Part shown: positions 55,718 to 64,000 of the stretch, piece after piece | How positions within the stretch are numbered: the first letter of the stretch is position 1 | Layout of the letters: the number at the start of each line of letters is the position of its first letter | Assembly: GCA_963745835.1 (NCBI GenBank) | Contig: CAVUZH010000013.1 | Coordinates: 800,001-864,000, forward strand | Direction: 5' to 3' | DNA length: 64,000 nt | Origin: an uncultured delta proteobacterium | Lineage (GTDB): Bacteria; Desulfobacterota; Binatia; UBA9968 | Program-made: the position numbers and the translations under genes | Notes under the pieces: model-generated | Seen by the model: the letters and a program-made list of their open reading frames with translations, nothing else | The model's database searches: none | What the model was told of the DNA's origin: nothing

Positions 55718-56422
55718 CTAGGCAGCCATAGCTCGAACCTGCGACAGGTCGATCTTGACTCCTGGGCCCATGGTCGTTGATAGCGTCACCCCGCGAATGT
55801 AGTTGCCTTTAGCTGAGGCAGGTTTGGCTCGGAGAATCGCTGAGAGCACGGCTCTGGCATTGTCTATGAGCTTCTCAGGCTCGAAAGAAGCCTTACCCAC
55901 GGGAACATGAACTATTCCTGCTTTATCGACTCTAAACTCCAATTTGCCGGCCTTGATCTCCTTAACGGCACGTGCAATATCGGCCGAGACCGTACCGGTC
56001 TTAGGATTAGGCATGAGGCCGCGTGGGCCCAACACCTTACCGATCCGACCGACTGCCGCCATCATATCCGGAGTCGCTACAGCTTTATCGAAATCGAACC
56101 ACCCCTCGCTGATCTTTTTAATAAGTTCATCGCTTCCGACGAAATCAGCTCCGGCTTCCTGGGCTTCTTTTTCCTTTTCTCCCTTGGCGAAAGCGAGCAC
56201 CCTAACGGCCTTGCCCATACCGTGTGGCAATGTCACGGTTCCCCTTACATTTTGGTCCGCTTGCCGTGGGTCAACCCCCAAGCGGATGGCGAACTCAACG
56301 GTCTCATCAAACTTTGCCCGGGCGGTTTCCCGTACAAGCTTAACGCCCTCGTCCAATTGATAGCGTTGACTACGATCTACCTTGGCCAACGCAGCGCGAT
56401 ATGATTTTCCAAAACCGCTCAT
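55718..56422 (-). CDS. rplA: 50S ribosomal protein L1
   Basis: [18 protein letters not shown]. Confidence 0.98.
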   Translation of the reverse strand: MSGFGKSYRAALAKVDRSQRYQLDEGVKLVRETARAKFDETVEFAIRLGVDPRQADQNVRGTVTLPHGMGKAVRVLAFAKGEKEKEAQEAGADFVGSDELIKKISEGWFDFDKAVATPDMMAAVGRIGKVLGPRGLMPNPKTGTVSADIARAVKEIKAGKLEFRVDKAGIVHVPVGKASFEPEKLIDNARAVLSAILRAKPASAKGNYIRGVTLSTTMGPGVKIDLSQVRAMAA

Positions 56423-56482
56423 TTGTCCCCCTCATAAAGCTTCAAAGCAGACGGATTTCGAATCGAGTGACTGCGCTCTGAA

Positions 56483-56908
56483 TCATCCCTCAACATCGAG
56501 ACCAAGGCTGCGAGCAGTACCTTCAACTGACTTCTCGGCCGCGGCCAAATCGTTAGCCGTCAAATCCTTGAGCTTCAACTCCGCAATCTGCCGAACTTGC
56601 GCCCGAGTAACTTTCCCAACTTTAGTCTTGCCCGGTTCCTTGGAACCTTTTTCCACGCCCGCAGCCTTTTTTAGCAGTACAGAAGCCGGCGGGGTCTTCG
56701 TCACAAAGGTGAAAGATCGGTCCGCATAGACTGTAATAATCACCGGAGTGATCATACCTTGCTGGGATTGAGTCGCAGCATTGAAGGCCTTGCAGAATTC
56801 CATGATATTAACCCCACGCTGCCCCAATGCAGGGCCGACGGGAGGGCTTGGATTGGCTGCCCCAGCGGGGATCTGCAACTTGATTTCTGCGATGACTTTT
56901 TTGGCCAT
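56483..56908 (-). CDS. rplK: 50S ribosomal protein L11
   Basis: [17 protein letters not shown]. Confidence 0.98.
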   Translation of the reverse strand: MAKKVIAEIKLQIPAGAANPSPPVGPALGQRGVNIMEFCKAFNAATQSQQGMITPVIITVYADRSFTFVTKTPPASVLLKKAAGVEKGSKEPGKTKVGKVTRAQVRQIAELKLKDLTANDLAAAEKSVEGTARSLGLDVEG

Positions 56909-56923
56909 TTAGTGTCCTTGTAA

Positions 56924-57454
56924 CTAGTTCCGCTCAACCTGAACGAATTCCAACTCGACAGGAGTGGCTCGTCCAAAGATACTGATGAGCACTCGAAGCT
57001 TGCCTTTATCCGGTCTAACTTCTTCAACAACCCCGTTGAAATCTGCAAACGGACCGTCGACAACTTTAACGTTCTCACCAACCGAAAATAGCACCCGGGG
57101 CTTGGGTTTGATTGCGCCCTCCTCCATTTGAAGAGTGATGGCTCTAACTTCCTCCTCCGAAATCGAAGGCGGATTCGTGCTGCCACCAACAAACCCAGTA
57201 ATTTTCGGTGTCTCTTTCACCACATGCCAAGTATCGTCATTGAGCTCCATTTGAACCAGAATGTAACCTGGAAAGAATTTTCTTGAGGAAGTTTTTTTCT
57301 TTCCTTTGACGAGCTCAACGACCTTTTCAACCGGCACAAGGATTTCACCGAAATACTCCTGTTTACCGAGAGTCCTCACCCGCTCCTCGAGAGCTGCCTT
57401 TGCCTTCTGTTCAAAACCCGAGAAGGTGTGAACGATATACCATTGCTTTGCCAT
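56924..57454 (-). CDS. nusG: Transcription factor NusG
   Basis: WYIVHTFSG, FPGY, KOW GPFADFNG, IFGRATP. Confidence 0.98.
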   Translation of the reverse strand: MAKQWYIVHTFSGFEQKAKAALEERVRTLGKQEYFGEILVPVEKVVELVKGKKKTSSRKFFPGYILVQMELNDDTWHVVKETPKITGFVGGSTNPPSISEEEVRAITLQMEEGAIKPKPRVLFSVGENVKVVDGPFADFNGVVEEVRPDKGKLRVLISIFGRATPVELEFVQVERN

Positions 57455-57470
57455 AGGAGAGCTCGGAGAG

Positions 57471-57686
57471 TTAATCGATGATAGCCTGGATCACTGTGGT
57501 CAAGCCCAAGTCTATGATCGCCAAGTAAACCGACACCAGCACGACCACTATAATAACGAGTGCAGTCGCAGCGTACGTTTCCTTCCGCGACGGCCAATGG
57601 ACCTTTTGCAGCTCCTGCCAGGATTCTTTTACAAACTCGACGGTATGGCCAAGAGTATCCTGAACTTTTTGAATCCAATCTGCCAT
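57471..57686 (-). CDS. secE: Preprotein translocase SecE
   Basis: ELQKVHWPSRKET plus a TM helix. Confidence 0.96.
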   Translation of the reverse strand: MADWIQKVQDTLGHTVEFVKESWQELQKVHWPSRKETYAATALVIIVVVLVSVYLAIIDLGLTTVIQAIID

Positions 57687-57703
57687 GGCTAATGATGCAT
57701 TGA

Positions 57704-57781
57704 TGGCGGGTCAGGCAGGATTCGAACCTGCAACAGCCGGATTTGGAGTCCGGAGCTCTAGCCAGTTGGAGCTACTGACCC
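57704..57781 (-). tRNA. tRNA-Trp(CCA)
   Basis: Cloverleaf GGGTCAG...CCGGA-CTCCAAA-TCCGG...TTCGAAT...CTGACCC-G-CCA. Confidence 0.95.
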
Positions 57782-57791
57782 CCGGTAATCG

Positions 57792-57944
57792 TTAGACCTT
57801 GATCTCTCGATGAATTGTATGGGATCGACACGAAGCGCAAAATTTCTTAAAAGAAAGTTTATCGGTGGTTTTTTTCTTGTTCTTCGTCGAGGTGTAATTC
57901 TTTCGCTTACATTGGTCGCAAGCAAACCCTACGATATCCCGCAT
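57792..57944 (-). CDS. rpmG: 50S ribosomal protein L33 (Zn type)
   Basis: Manual translation MRDIVGFACDQCKRKNYTSTKNKKKTTDKLSFKKFCASCRSHTIHREIKV. Confidence 0.96.
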   Translation of the reverse strand: MRDIVGFACDQCKRKNYTSTKNKKKTTDKLSFKKFCASCRSHTIHREIKV

Positions 57945-57967
57945 GAGTGCGCCCCCCCTTGCCCAAG

Positions 57968-59159
57968 TTACTGGATGATCTTCGTGACAACTCCGGCGCC
58001 AACGGTCCGACCACCCTCTCGAATTGCAAACTTCAACCCGTCGTCCATAGCGACAGGAGTAATGAGCTCGATCTCCACATTGATGTTGTCGCCGGGCATA
58101 ACCATCTCTGTTCCTTCCGGCAGTTTCACGACACCGGTAACATCGGTTGTGCGGAAGTAGAATTGCGGCCGGTATCCGTTAAAAAACGGCGTGTGTCGAC
58201 CACCTTCTTCTTTCGTTAGAACATAAGCCTCGGCATTAAACTTTGTGTGCGGGGTTATGCTCGCGGGCTTGGCCAAAACCTGACCTCGCTCAACCTCTTC
58301 ACGCTTGGTGCCACGTAGCAACACCCCAATATTATCGCCGGCCCGGCCTTCGTCCAGAAGCTTGCGGAACATTTCGATCCCGGTCGCTACCGTTTTTTGC
58401 GTCGGCTTAAATCCGACAATTTCAATTTCTTCTCCGACCTTGACGACGCCGCGCTCGACTCGGCCGGTTACAACTGTGCCTCGACCGCTGATTGTGAAAA
58501 CGTCCTCAACCGGCATGATAAATGGCTTGTCGACGTCTCTGGTGGGCTCTTTGATGAAAGAATCAACAGCTTCCATGAGCTTTATGATAGACCCTTCACC
58601 TATGTCGGAGGCGTCTCCCTCTAAAGCCTTTAGAGCACTACCGATCACTATCGGAACTTCGTCGCCCGGGAAATTTATACTTCGAGAGCAGCTCTCGAAC
58701 TTCGAGCTCTACCAGTTCTAGCAATTCCTTGTCGTCAACCATGTCCGCTTTGTTAAGGTAAACAACTATACCAGGAACACCGACTTGGCGCGCTAGCAGG
58801 ATATGCTCGCGGGTTTGCGGCATGGGGCCGTCGGCGGCTGAAACCACCAGGATCGCTCCATCCATCTGCGCCGCTCCAGTGATCATATTTTTCACGTAGT
58901 CGGCGTGTCCAGGGCAGTCGACATGTGCATAATGACGCTTGTCAGTCTCATACTCCACGTGAGCAATATTAATCGTAACGCCTCTTTCTCTTTCTTCCGG
59001 CGCCTTATCGATTTGATCATAGGCGAGAAACTGCGCTTTGCCCTGCTTGGAGAGAACCTTCGTGATGGCCGCAGTTAAAGTAGTTTTACCGTGGTCTACG
59101 TGACCGATGGTTCCGATATTAAGGTGCGGCTTTTTGCGCTCAAACTTTTGCTTGCTCAT
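57968..59159 (-). CDS. tuf: Elongation factor Tu, split by one extra base near 58665-58676
   Basis: [21 protein letters not shown] in the first frame; [15 protein letters not shown] in the second; span is 1192 nt = 397 codons + 1. Confidence 0.95.
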
Positions 59160-59222
59160 CTCTTCCTCCTGATTGATTTGCCAATCAATTGACTTTATCG
59201 TGCTCGAAAATAAACGGCACCA

Positions 59223-59295
59223 AGCCCAGGAGCGGGATCGAACCGCTGACCTCGTCCTTACCAAGGACGTGCTCTACCGACTGAGCTACCTGGGC
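59223..59295 (-). tRNA. tRNA-Thr(GGT), CCA not encoded
   Basis: GCCCAGG...CGTCC-TTGGTAA-GGACG...TTCGATC...CCTGGGC-T. Confidence 0.93.
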
Positions 59296-59375
59296 AAATC
59301 AGTCGATTACTCTTGGCTGATGGCCTAATTTAAATGATCGGACCACTGCTATTTTGCCACCGGCCATATGCGAAT

Positions 59376-59451
59376 TGGAGCGGGAAACGGGACTCGAACC
59401 CGCGACCCCGAGCTTGGAAGGCTCGCGCTCTACCAACTGAGCTATTCCCGC
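59376..59451 (-). tRNA. tRNA-Gly(TCC)
   Basis: GCGGGAA...CGAGC-CTTCCAA-GCTCG...CCA. Confidence 0.95.
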
Positions 59452-59457
59452 CAAAAA

Positions 59458-59542
<85 letters not shown>

Positions 59543-59628
59543 GATTATCAGCAGTATGTTTGCCGCAATCCCACTGCGACTCCCGAACAGCAAATCCTCG
59601 CCGCCAGGTTAACATCGGAATGCTTGGC

Positions 59629-59703
59629 TGGAGCTGGCGATAGGACTTGAACCTACAACCTGCTGATTACAAATCAGCTGCTCTGCCGTTGAGCTACGCC
59701 AGC
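59629..59703 (-). tRNA. tRNA-Thr(TGT)
   Basis: GCTGGCG...GCTGA-TTTGTAA-TCAGC...CCA. Confidence 0.95.
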
Positions 59704-59932
59704 GTCGCAGTGATCGGTCCATACCAATAAGATGATGCATCAAACGGCTACATCATAACGGCAACGACCGCTTCAGCTCAATTTAGTTAACAAGATATTG
59801 GTAGTAAGTTCTTGAAACGCAACGGACAACGACGGCAAAGAGGTCATACCACTTCCGCAAACGGGTATTTAAACCATCTTCGATCTATGATGTCAACAGG
59901 CTGGCCATAGGTCCCGCGCCACCAAACTCCTA

Positions 59933-60694
59933 TTATCTGTCGGGTTTACCCTTGTCAATGCCGCTGTGCTGCCGCGACACCTCATACAACAAGATGGCGG
60001 CGGCAACTGAAACATTGAGACTCGAAATCTTTCCTTTCATCGGAATGCGCACGAGATAGTCGCATTGCTTAGCAATCAAAGGACGAAGACCCCGGCCCTC
60101 GCTACCTAGAACGATTCCGAGCTTCTTCGGGTACTCTTTACTGTCATAAGTCTCCGTAGCGTTTGCATCTAAGCCAACGATCCAGAATCCTGAGCTTTTT
60201 AGTGACATTAAGGCGCGACGCAGATTCGTCAACCGATAGATCCGCAAGTGATTAACAGCTCCTGCGGAGGCCTTGAGAACTACTGGCGTTATCCGCACAG
60301 AGCGATCCTTAGGGATGATGATATCGCCGGCGCCTACAGCTTCGGCGGTGCGCAGAATTGCTCCGAAATTTCTCGGATCAGTAATGCCATCCAGTATCAG
60401 AACCGTCTGAGAGCATGCCTCAGAGGTGGTACTTTCTAATTCCGAGAAAGGGGCGTACGAATACGCCCGGACTCGCGCTAGAGCTCCTTGATGATTTTGC
60501 CCGTGCGCCAAATAATCGAGCTCTTTAGCATCTACGAACTGTATCTCTATCTGAAGTTTTCGCGCGTCCGTTTCCAGTGATTTAAGAATTGGTCGTAGCG
60601 GGCCGCGAGCAAGTAGGATCTTGGAGATCTCTTCCGGCGCAGCCCTGAGCTTCTCTAGAATAGGATTGACACCGAATATTAGATCCTGCTCCAT
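59933..60694 (-). CDS. rlmB: 23S rRNA (Gm2251) methyltransferase, SPOUT family
   Basis: NHQG, LDGITDPRNFGAILR, LGSEGRG, SSLNVSVA. Confidence 0.92.
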   Translation of the reverse strand: MEQDLIFGVNPILEKLRAAPEEISKILLARGPLRPILKSLETDARKLQIEIQFVDAKELDYLAHGQNHQGALARVRAYSYAPFSELESTTSEACSQTVLILDGITDPRNFGAILRTAEAVGAGDIIIPKDRSVRITPVVLKASAGAVNHLRIYRLTNLRRALMSLKSSGFWIVGLDANATETYDSKEYPKKLGIVLGSEGRGLRPLIAKQCDYLVRIPMKGKISSLNVSVAAAILLYEVSRQHSGIDKGKPDR

Positions 60695-60759
60695 ATCGTT
60701 CTAGTAGAAGCGGGCCTATCGTTTACAACAAAAGAATCACCGGTTAACATGAAAAGGTT

Positions 60760-61950
60760 GTGAAGCGCAGAACTCTTAGTTGTTATCTTCTTTCGGAAAT
60801 TCTCCCGCCTTTCTTGCTCGGGCTACTCACTTTCACTTTCATTCTTCTGATCGCAAGAATCTTAAAGTTGGTCGAACTTATCGTAACTCGTGGCATACCC
60901 CTGACCCAAGTCGGAAGACTACTTGTCTTGATTCTGCCAACGTTCTTGGAATTAACGCTTCCAATGGCGTTTCTTTTGGCCATTCTCTTGGGGCTCGGCA
61001 GACTATCAGGCGATCAGGAGCTTCTCGCCCTGAAATCATCCGGAGTAAGTCCGGTGCAGATTCTGCTACCCCTTATTTTTATGGCGGCGAGTGTCGCCAT
61101 CATTACCTTTCTCCTGACAACCTGGGTGAGACCGGCGGCGCAAGTGGCTCTTAAAGACGAACTTTACAACATCGCTAAGACTCGCGTCGGGACAGTCCTT
61201 AGGGAGAAGGTATTCAACGATGACTTTCCAAACATATTGATCTATGTCGAAGAGATAATACCTCCTGGCAATGTTGGGCAAGGCATTCTAATCATCGACA
61301 AACGCGAGACCGCGAAGGACAATATCATCGTGGGCAAGGTCGGCCTGATCAACACCGAGGAACAGACCCATACGCTCTCATTGAGATTGTTCGATGGCTC
61401 CATCTATGAACGAGATCGAACACGCTCAGACTTCAGCCAAACTAACTTCAACATCTATGATTTCAAGCTCGATTTGGACGAGTTCATCGGACCCGTAAAA
61501 ATGAAAGATGCCGGACCGAAGGAGATGTCTTTAAATCGTCTGCTTAAAACCATCGAGGAAAAGCAAGATGCCGGCATAAACGCCAGACCTGAACTGATGG
61601 AGCTTCATCAACGGATTGCGTTCTCCTTTGCGCCTATCGTGTTCTGTCTGCTAGGTGTCTCTCTATCGCTTCTACCGCGCACATCACGGGCCAATAGATC
61701 GTGGGGAGTGGCTTTATGCGTCGGCTGGCTCGTGGTCTATTATGCTCTGCTTTCCCTGGGAAAGGCATTGGGAGAGAGGGGTGCTTTTCACCCGTTCGTC
61801 GCCTTGTGGTTTCCAAACATCGTAATCGGTGTCATTTCATTTCATCTATTCCGGAAGGCGCTTTACGAATCTCCATTACTGTTGCAGACCAGGTTCGACG
61901 CCGCATCTCTGTGGCTCGGGCAGAGACTGACGAAATTCGAAAACCGCTGA
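60760..61950 (+). CDS. lptF: LPS export ABC transporter permease LptF
   Basis: YjgP/YjgQ architecture, GRLSGDQELLALKSSG, WFPN. Confidence 0.85.
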   Translation: MKRRTLSCYLLSEILPPFLLGLLTFTFILLIARILKLVELIVTRGIPLTQVGRLLVLILPTFLELTLPMAFLLAILLGLGRLSGDQELLALKSSGVSPVQILLPLIFMAASVAIITFLLTTWVRPAAQVALKDELYNIAKTRVGTVLREKVFNDDFPNILIYVEEIIPPGNVGQGILIIDKRETAKDNIIVGKVGLINTEEQTHTLSLRLFDGSIYERDRTRSDFSQTNFNIYDFKLDLDEFIGPVKMKDAGPKEMSLNRLLKTIEEKQDAGINARPELMELHQRIAFSFAPIVFCLLGVSLSLLPRTSRANRSWGVALCVGWLVVYYALLSLGKALGERGAFHPFVALWFPNIVIGVISFHLFRKALYESPLLLQTRFDAASLWLGQRLTKFENR

Positions 61951-61957
61951 TAGAACC

Positions 61958-63070
61958 ATGCCACAGAAGCCGCGATTTGCCCTTTTACCGTTTGGCAGCA
62001 TCGTTGATCGCTATATCGCCAGCGGCTTTGTCCGGGTATTTGTCGCCAGTTTGCTTTGTTTCACTGCGATCTTTGCCATCATCGAGTTTTTTGAGCGGAT
62101 CGGCACGTTAGTGGAATCTGGAATTTCCGTTACCACGGCACTTCGCTACGTCTTGTACAAGATTCCGTTATCAATATCTCGGGTGATCGGTTTTGCCACA
62201 TTATTTTCGACTCTCTTCTGCCTAGGAATGCTTTATAAAGCTCAGGAGATCACAGCCATGCAGGCTGCCGGTCTGAGCACCCGAAGATTGTCATTCCCGC
62301 TACTTTGTCTCTCGTTGTTAATCTGCATGACGAATTTCATCTGGAATGAAGGACTGGTACCGGCTTTTGCTCATCGTGCCGAGACTATCTATAAGACTGA
62401 GATTAAGAAGAGACAGCAACAGAGTTTATTCGGAACAAAAGATATCTGGATCCGTGGGGAAGGTGGCTTTGTCAATATAGATAACTTTGATCCGAGCAAC
62501 AATGTTCTGGAGGGAATCACGTTCTTTGTTCTAAGCCGCGACTTTACATTACAGTCTACGATTGGCGTTCCCAAAGCACAGTGGGTGAGAGAACAATGGG
62601 AATCACCAAGTGGCATCGAATGGCAGTTTCTATCGGACGGAAAGCTCAGGCAACGAATCGTGAGCACGCCGCCGACAATCTCTGAAACACCCGGCGACCT
62701 CATGTTACTCGCTCGGGATCCCGAAGAATTCACGTTCTTTGATCTGCAAAAACAAATACTCGAAATGAAGGCCAAAGGCATGGATGCCACAGCTTATGAG
62801 GTCGATTTACAGGTAAAGCTCGCAGTTCCATTTATTTCGCCCCTGATGGTTCTAATCGCCATTCCTCTCGCGTTAAAAAGACGCATTGGCAGTGGGTTAG
62901 CCATGAGTTTCGGCATCGCAATGCTGATCGCCTTCGGTTACTGGGTGCTTTCCGCCTTCTGCTTTTCCTTGGGACATAGCGGCGCCTTGCCGCCGACAAT
63001 CGCAGCGTGGTTGCCAAATTCGATCTCCGCGCTCCTAGGGATTTATCTTTTCACTGCTGAAGAATATTAG
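61958..63070 (+). CDS. lptG: LPS export ABC transporter permease LptG
   Basis: IVDRYI, QEITAMQAAG, AAWLPN; tandem with lptF. Confidence 0.85.
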   Translation: MPQKPRFALLPFGSIVDRYIASGFVRVFVASLLCFTAIFAIIEFFERIGTLVESGISVTTALRYVLYKIPLSISRVIGFATLFSTLFCLGMLYKAQEITAMQAAGLSTRRLSFPLLCLSLLICMTNFIWNEGLVPAFAHRAETIYKTEIKKRQQQSLFGTKDIWIRGEGGFVNIDNFDPSNNVLEGITFFVLSRDFTLQSTIGVPKAQWVREQWESPSGIEWQFLSDGKLRQRIVSTPPTISETPGDLMLLARDPEEFTFFDLQKQILEMKAKGMDATAYEVDLQVKLAVPFISPLMVLIAIPLALKRRIGSGLAMSFGIAMLIAFGYWVLSAFCFSLGHSGALPPTIAAWLPNSISALLGIYLFTAEEY

Positions 63071-63139
63071 GGAAGAATACTGATATAGCCGCGTTGGGTC
63101 GTCCACTCCGCCGTAGAATCTCAAATTAACTGAATCCGG

Positions 63140-63179
63140 TCGAACGCTTTTGCGCCTTAAATCGCGCAAAAGCGTTCGA
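63140..63179. terminator. Perfect 16-bp hairpin between convergent lptG and rpsI
   Basis: tcgaacgcttttgcgc-cttaaatc-gcgcaaaagcgttcga. Confidence 0.7.
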
Positions 63180-63195
63180 AATTCGTTCTGAATCG

Positions 63196-63588
63196 CTAAC
63201 GCTTTGAGTACTGTGGTCGTTTTCGCGCCTTGTGTCGACCGTACTTTTTGCGCTCTACCCCGCGCGGATCACGCGTGACAAAACCGGCCTTTTTCAACGA
63301 CGATCTAAAATCCGGATTGAGCAACATGAGCGCTCGCGTAATGCCATGGCGAATGGCACCCGCTTGCCCTGAACTACCCCCTCCATCAACATTGACTTCG
63401 ACGTCATAATTACCGGTGGTCTGAGTTAACTCGAAAGGCTGCATGACAATCATGCGAGCAGTCTCCCGGCCAAAATACTCATTGAGCGTTCGATCATTGA
63501 TAGCGATGGAGCCCTTTCCCAGACGTAAAAAGACGCGAGCTACAGAGGTCTTTCGTCTCCCAGTTGCAGTGATCACTTTTTCTGCCAT
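63196..63588 (-). CDS. rpsI: 30S ribosomal protein S9
   Basis: [22 protein letters not shown]; start taken at MAEKV. Confidence 0.97.
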   Translation of the reverse strand: MAEKVITATGRRKTSVARVFLRLGKGSIAINDRTLNEYFGRETARMIVMQPFELTQTTGNYDVEVNVDGGGSSGQAGAIRHGITRALMLLNPDFRSSLKKAGFVTRDPRGVERKKYGRHKARKRPQYSKR

Positions 63589-63598
63589 TTGATAACTC

Positions 63599-64000
63599 CT
63601 AAGCTCGGATCGCCAGCGGTTTTGGTTTTTGTGCTTCGTGAGGATGCTCGGCACCTGAATACACTTTGAGCTTGGCGGCCAATTTTCTACCCAAACGGTT
63701 TTTGGGCAACATTCCTTTAACAGCTAAGTGAATCAAATCCTCCGGTTTGTTCTCGAGAAGGTCCGCGGCCGTGCGGGAACGAATTCCTCCAGGATAATTG
63801 GTGTGACGATAATAGATCTTATCATCCAATTTGTGTCCCGAAAGCCTCACACCTTTAGCATTGATGACGATGACAAAATCGCCGGTGTCCGCGTTGGGAG
63901 TGAAAATCACCTTGTTCTTACCGCGCAGAACCCTGGCGATCTCGCTAGCCATGCGGCCCAAGATTTTTCCATCCGCATCAACGATGTACCACTCCCGTTG
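63599..64000 (-). CDS. rplM: 50S ribosomal protein L13 (5' end beyond window)
   Basis: [32 protein letters not shown]. Confidence 0.97.
   Translation of the reverse strand, partial: QREWYIVDADGKILGRMASEIARVLRGKNKVIFTPNADTGDFVIVINAKGVRLSGHKLDDKIYYRHTNYPGGIRSRTAADLLENKPEDLIHLAVKGMLPKNRLGRKLAAKLKVYSGAEHPHEAQKPKPLAIRA

Overview
Chromosomal window from a diderm bacterium (LptF/LptG present). The ribosomal proteins look deltaproteobacterial and there are tandem Bug/TctC receptors, which suggests Candidatus Binatia or a relative; this is inference only. Bases 1-27.6 kb are a mixed accessory/metabolic region: LemA, an FMN alpha-hydroxy acid oxidase, a VOC protein, two Bug receptors, a ferredoxin, an LTA-synthase-like sulfatase, an SDR-SDR-racemase-like operon, MscL with a Zn ribbon, a decayed acyl-CoA ligase, a divergent tryptophanase-like lyase, a CutA-NUDIX fusion, a 5-FCL paralogue, hisI, hisG, a four-gene operon (small membrane protein, TPR protein, unusual ferredoxin, carboxyltransferase), an orphan His-tailed EutA-like ATPase and a DUF4175-like/peptidase/MoxR operon. 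Bases 28.2-59.7 kb hold the core ribosomal super-cluster on the minus strand (tRNAs-tuf-rpmG-tRNA-Trp-secE-nusG-rplKAJL-rpoBC-rpsLG-fusA-S10-spc-alpha), followed by rlmB, lptFG, rpsI and rplM. Oddities in the core cluster: a terminator-like hairpin just before fusA, crossed by an in-frame upstream ORF; no tuf after fusA; a one-base frameshift in the only tuf in the window; and no rpmD (L30). I saw no CRISPR array, prophage, transposase or rRNA. No single system is clearly novel. The best candidates are the rpsG-fusA attenuator-like element, the CutA-NUDIX/5-FCL pair, the TPR-ferredoxin-carboxyltransferase operon and several enzymes lacking canonical catalytic residues.
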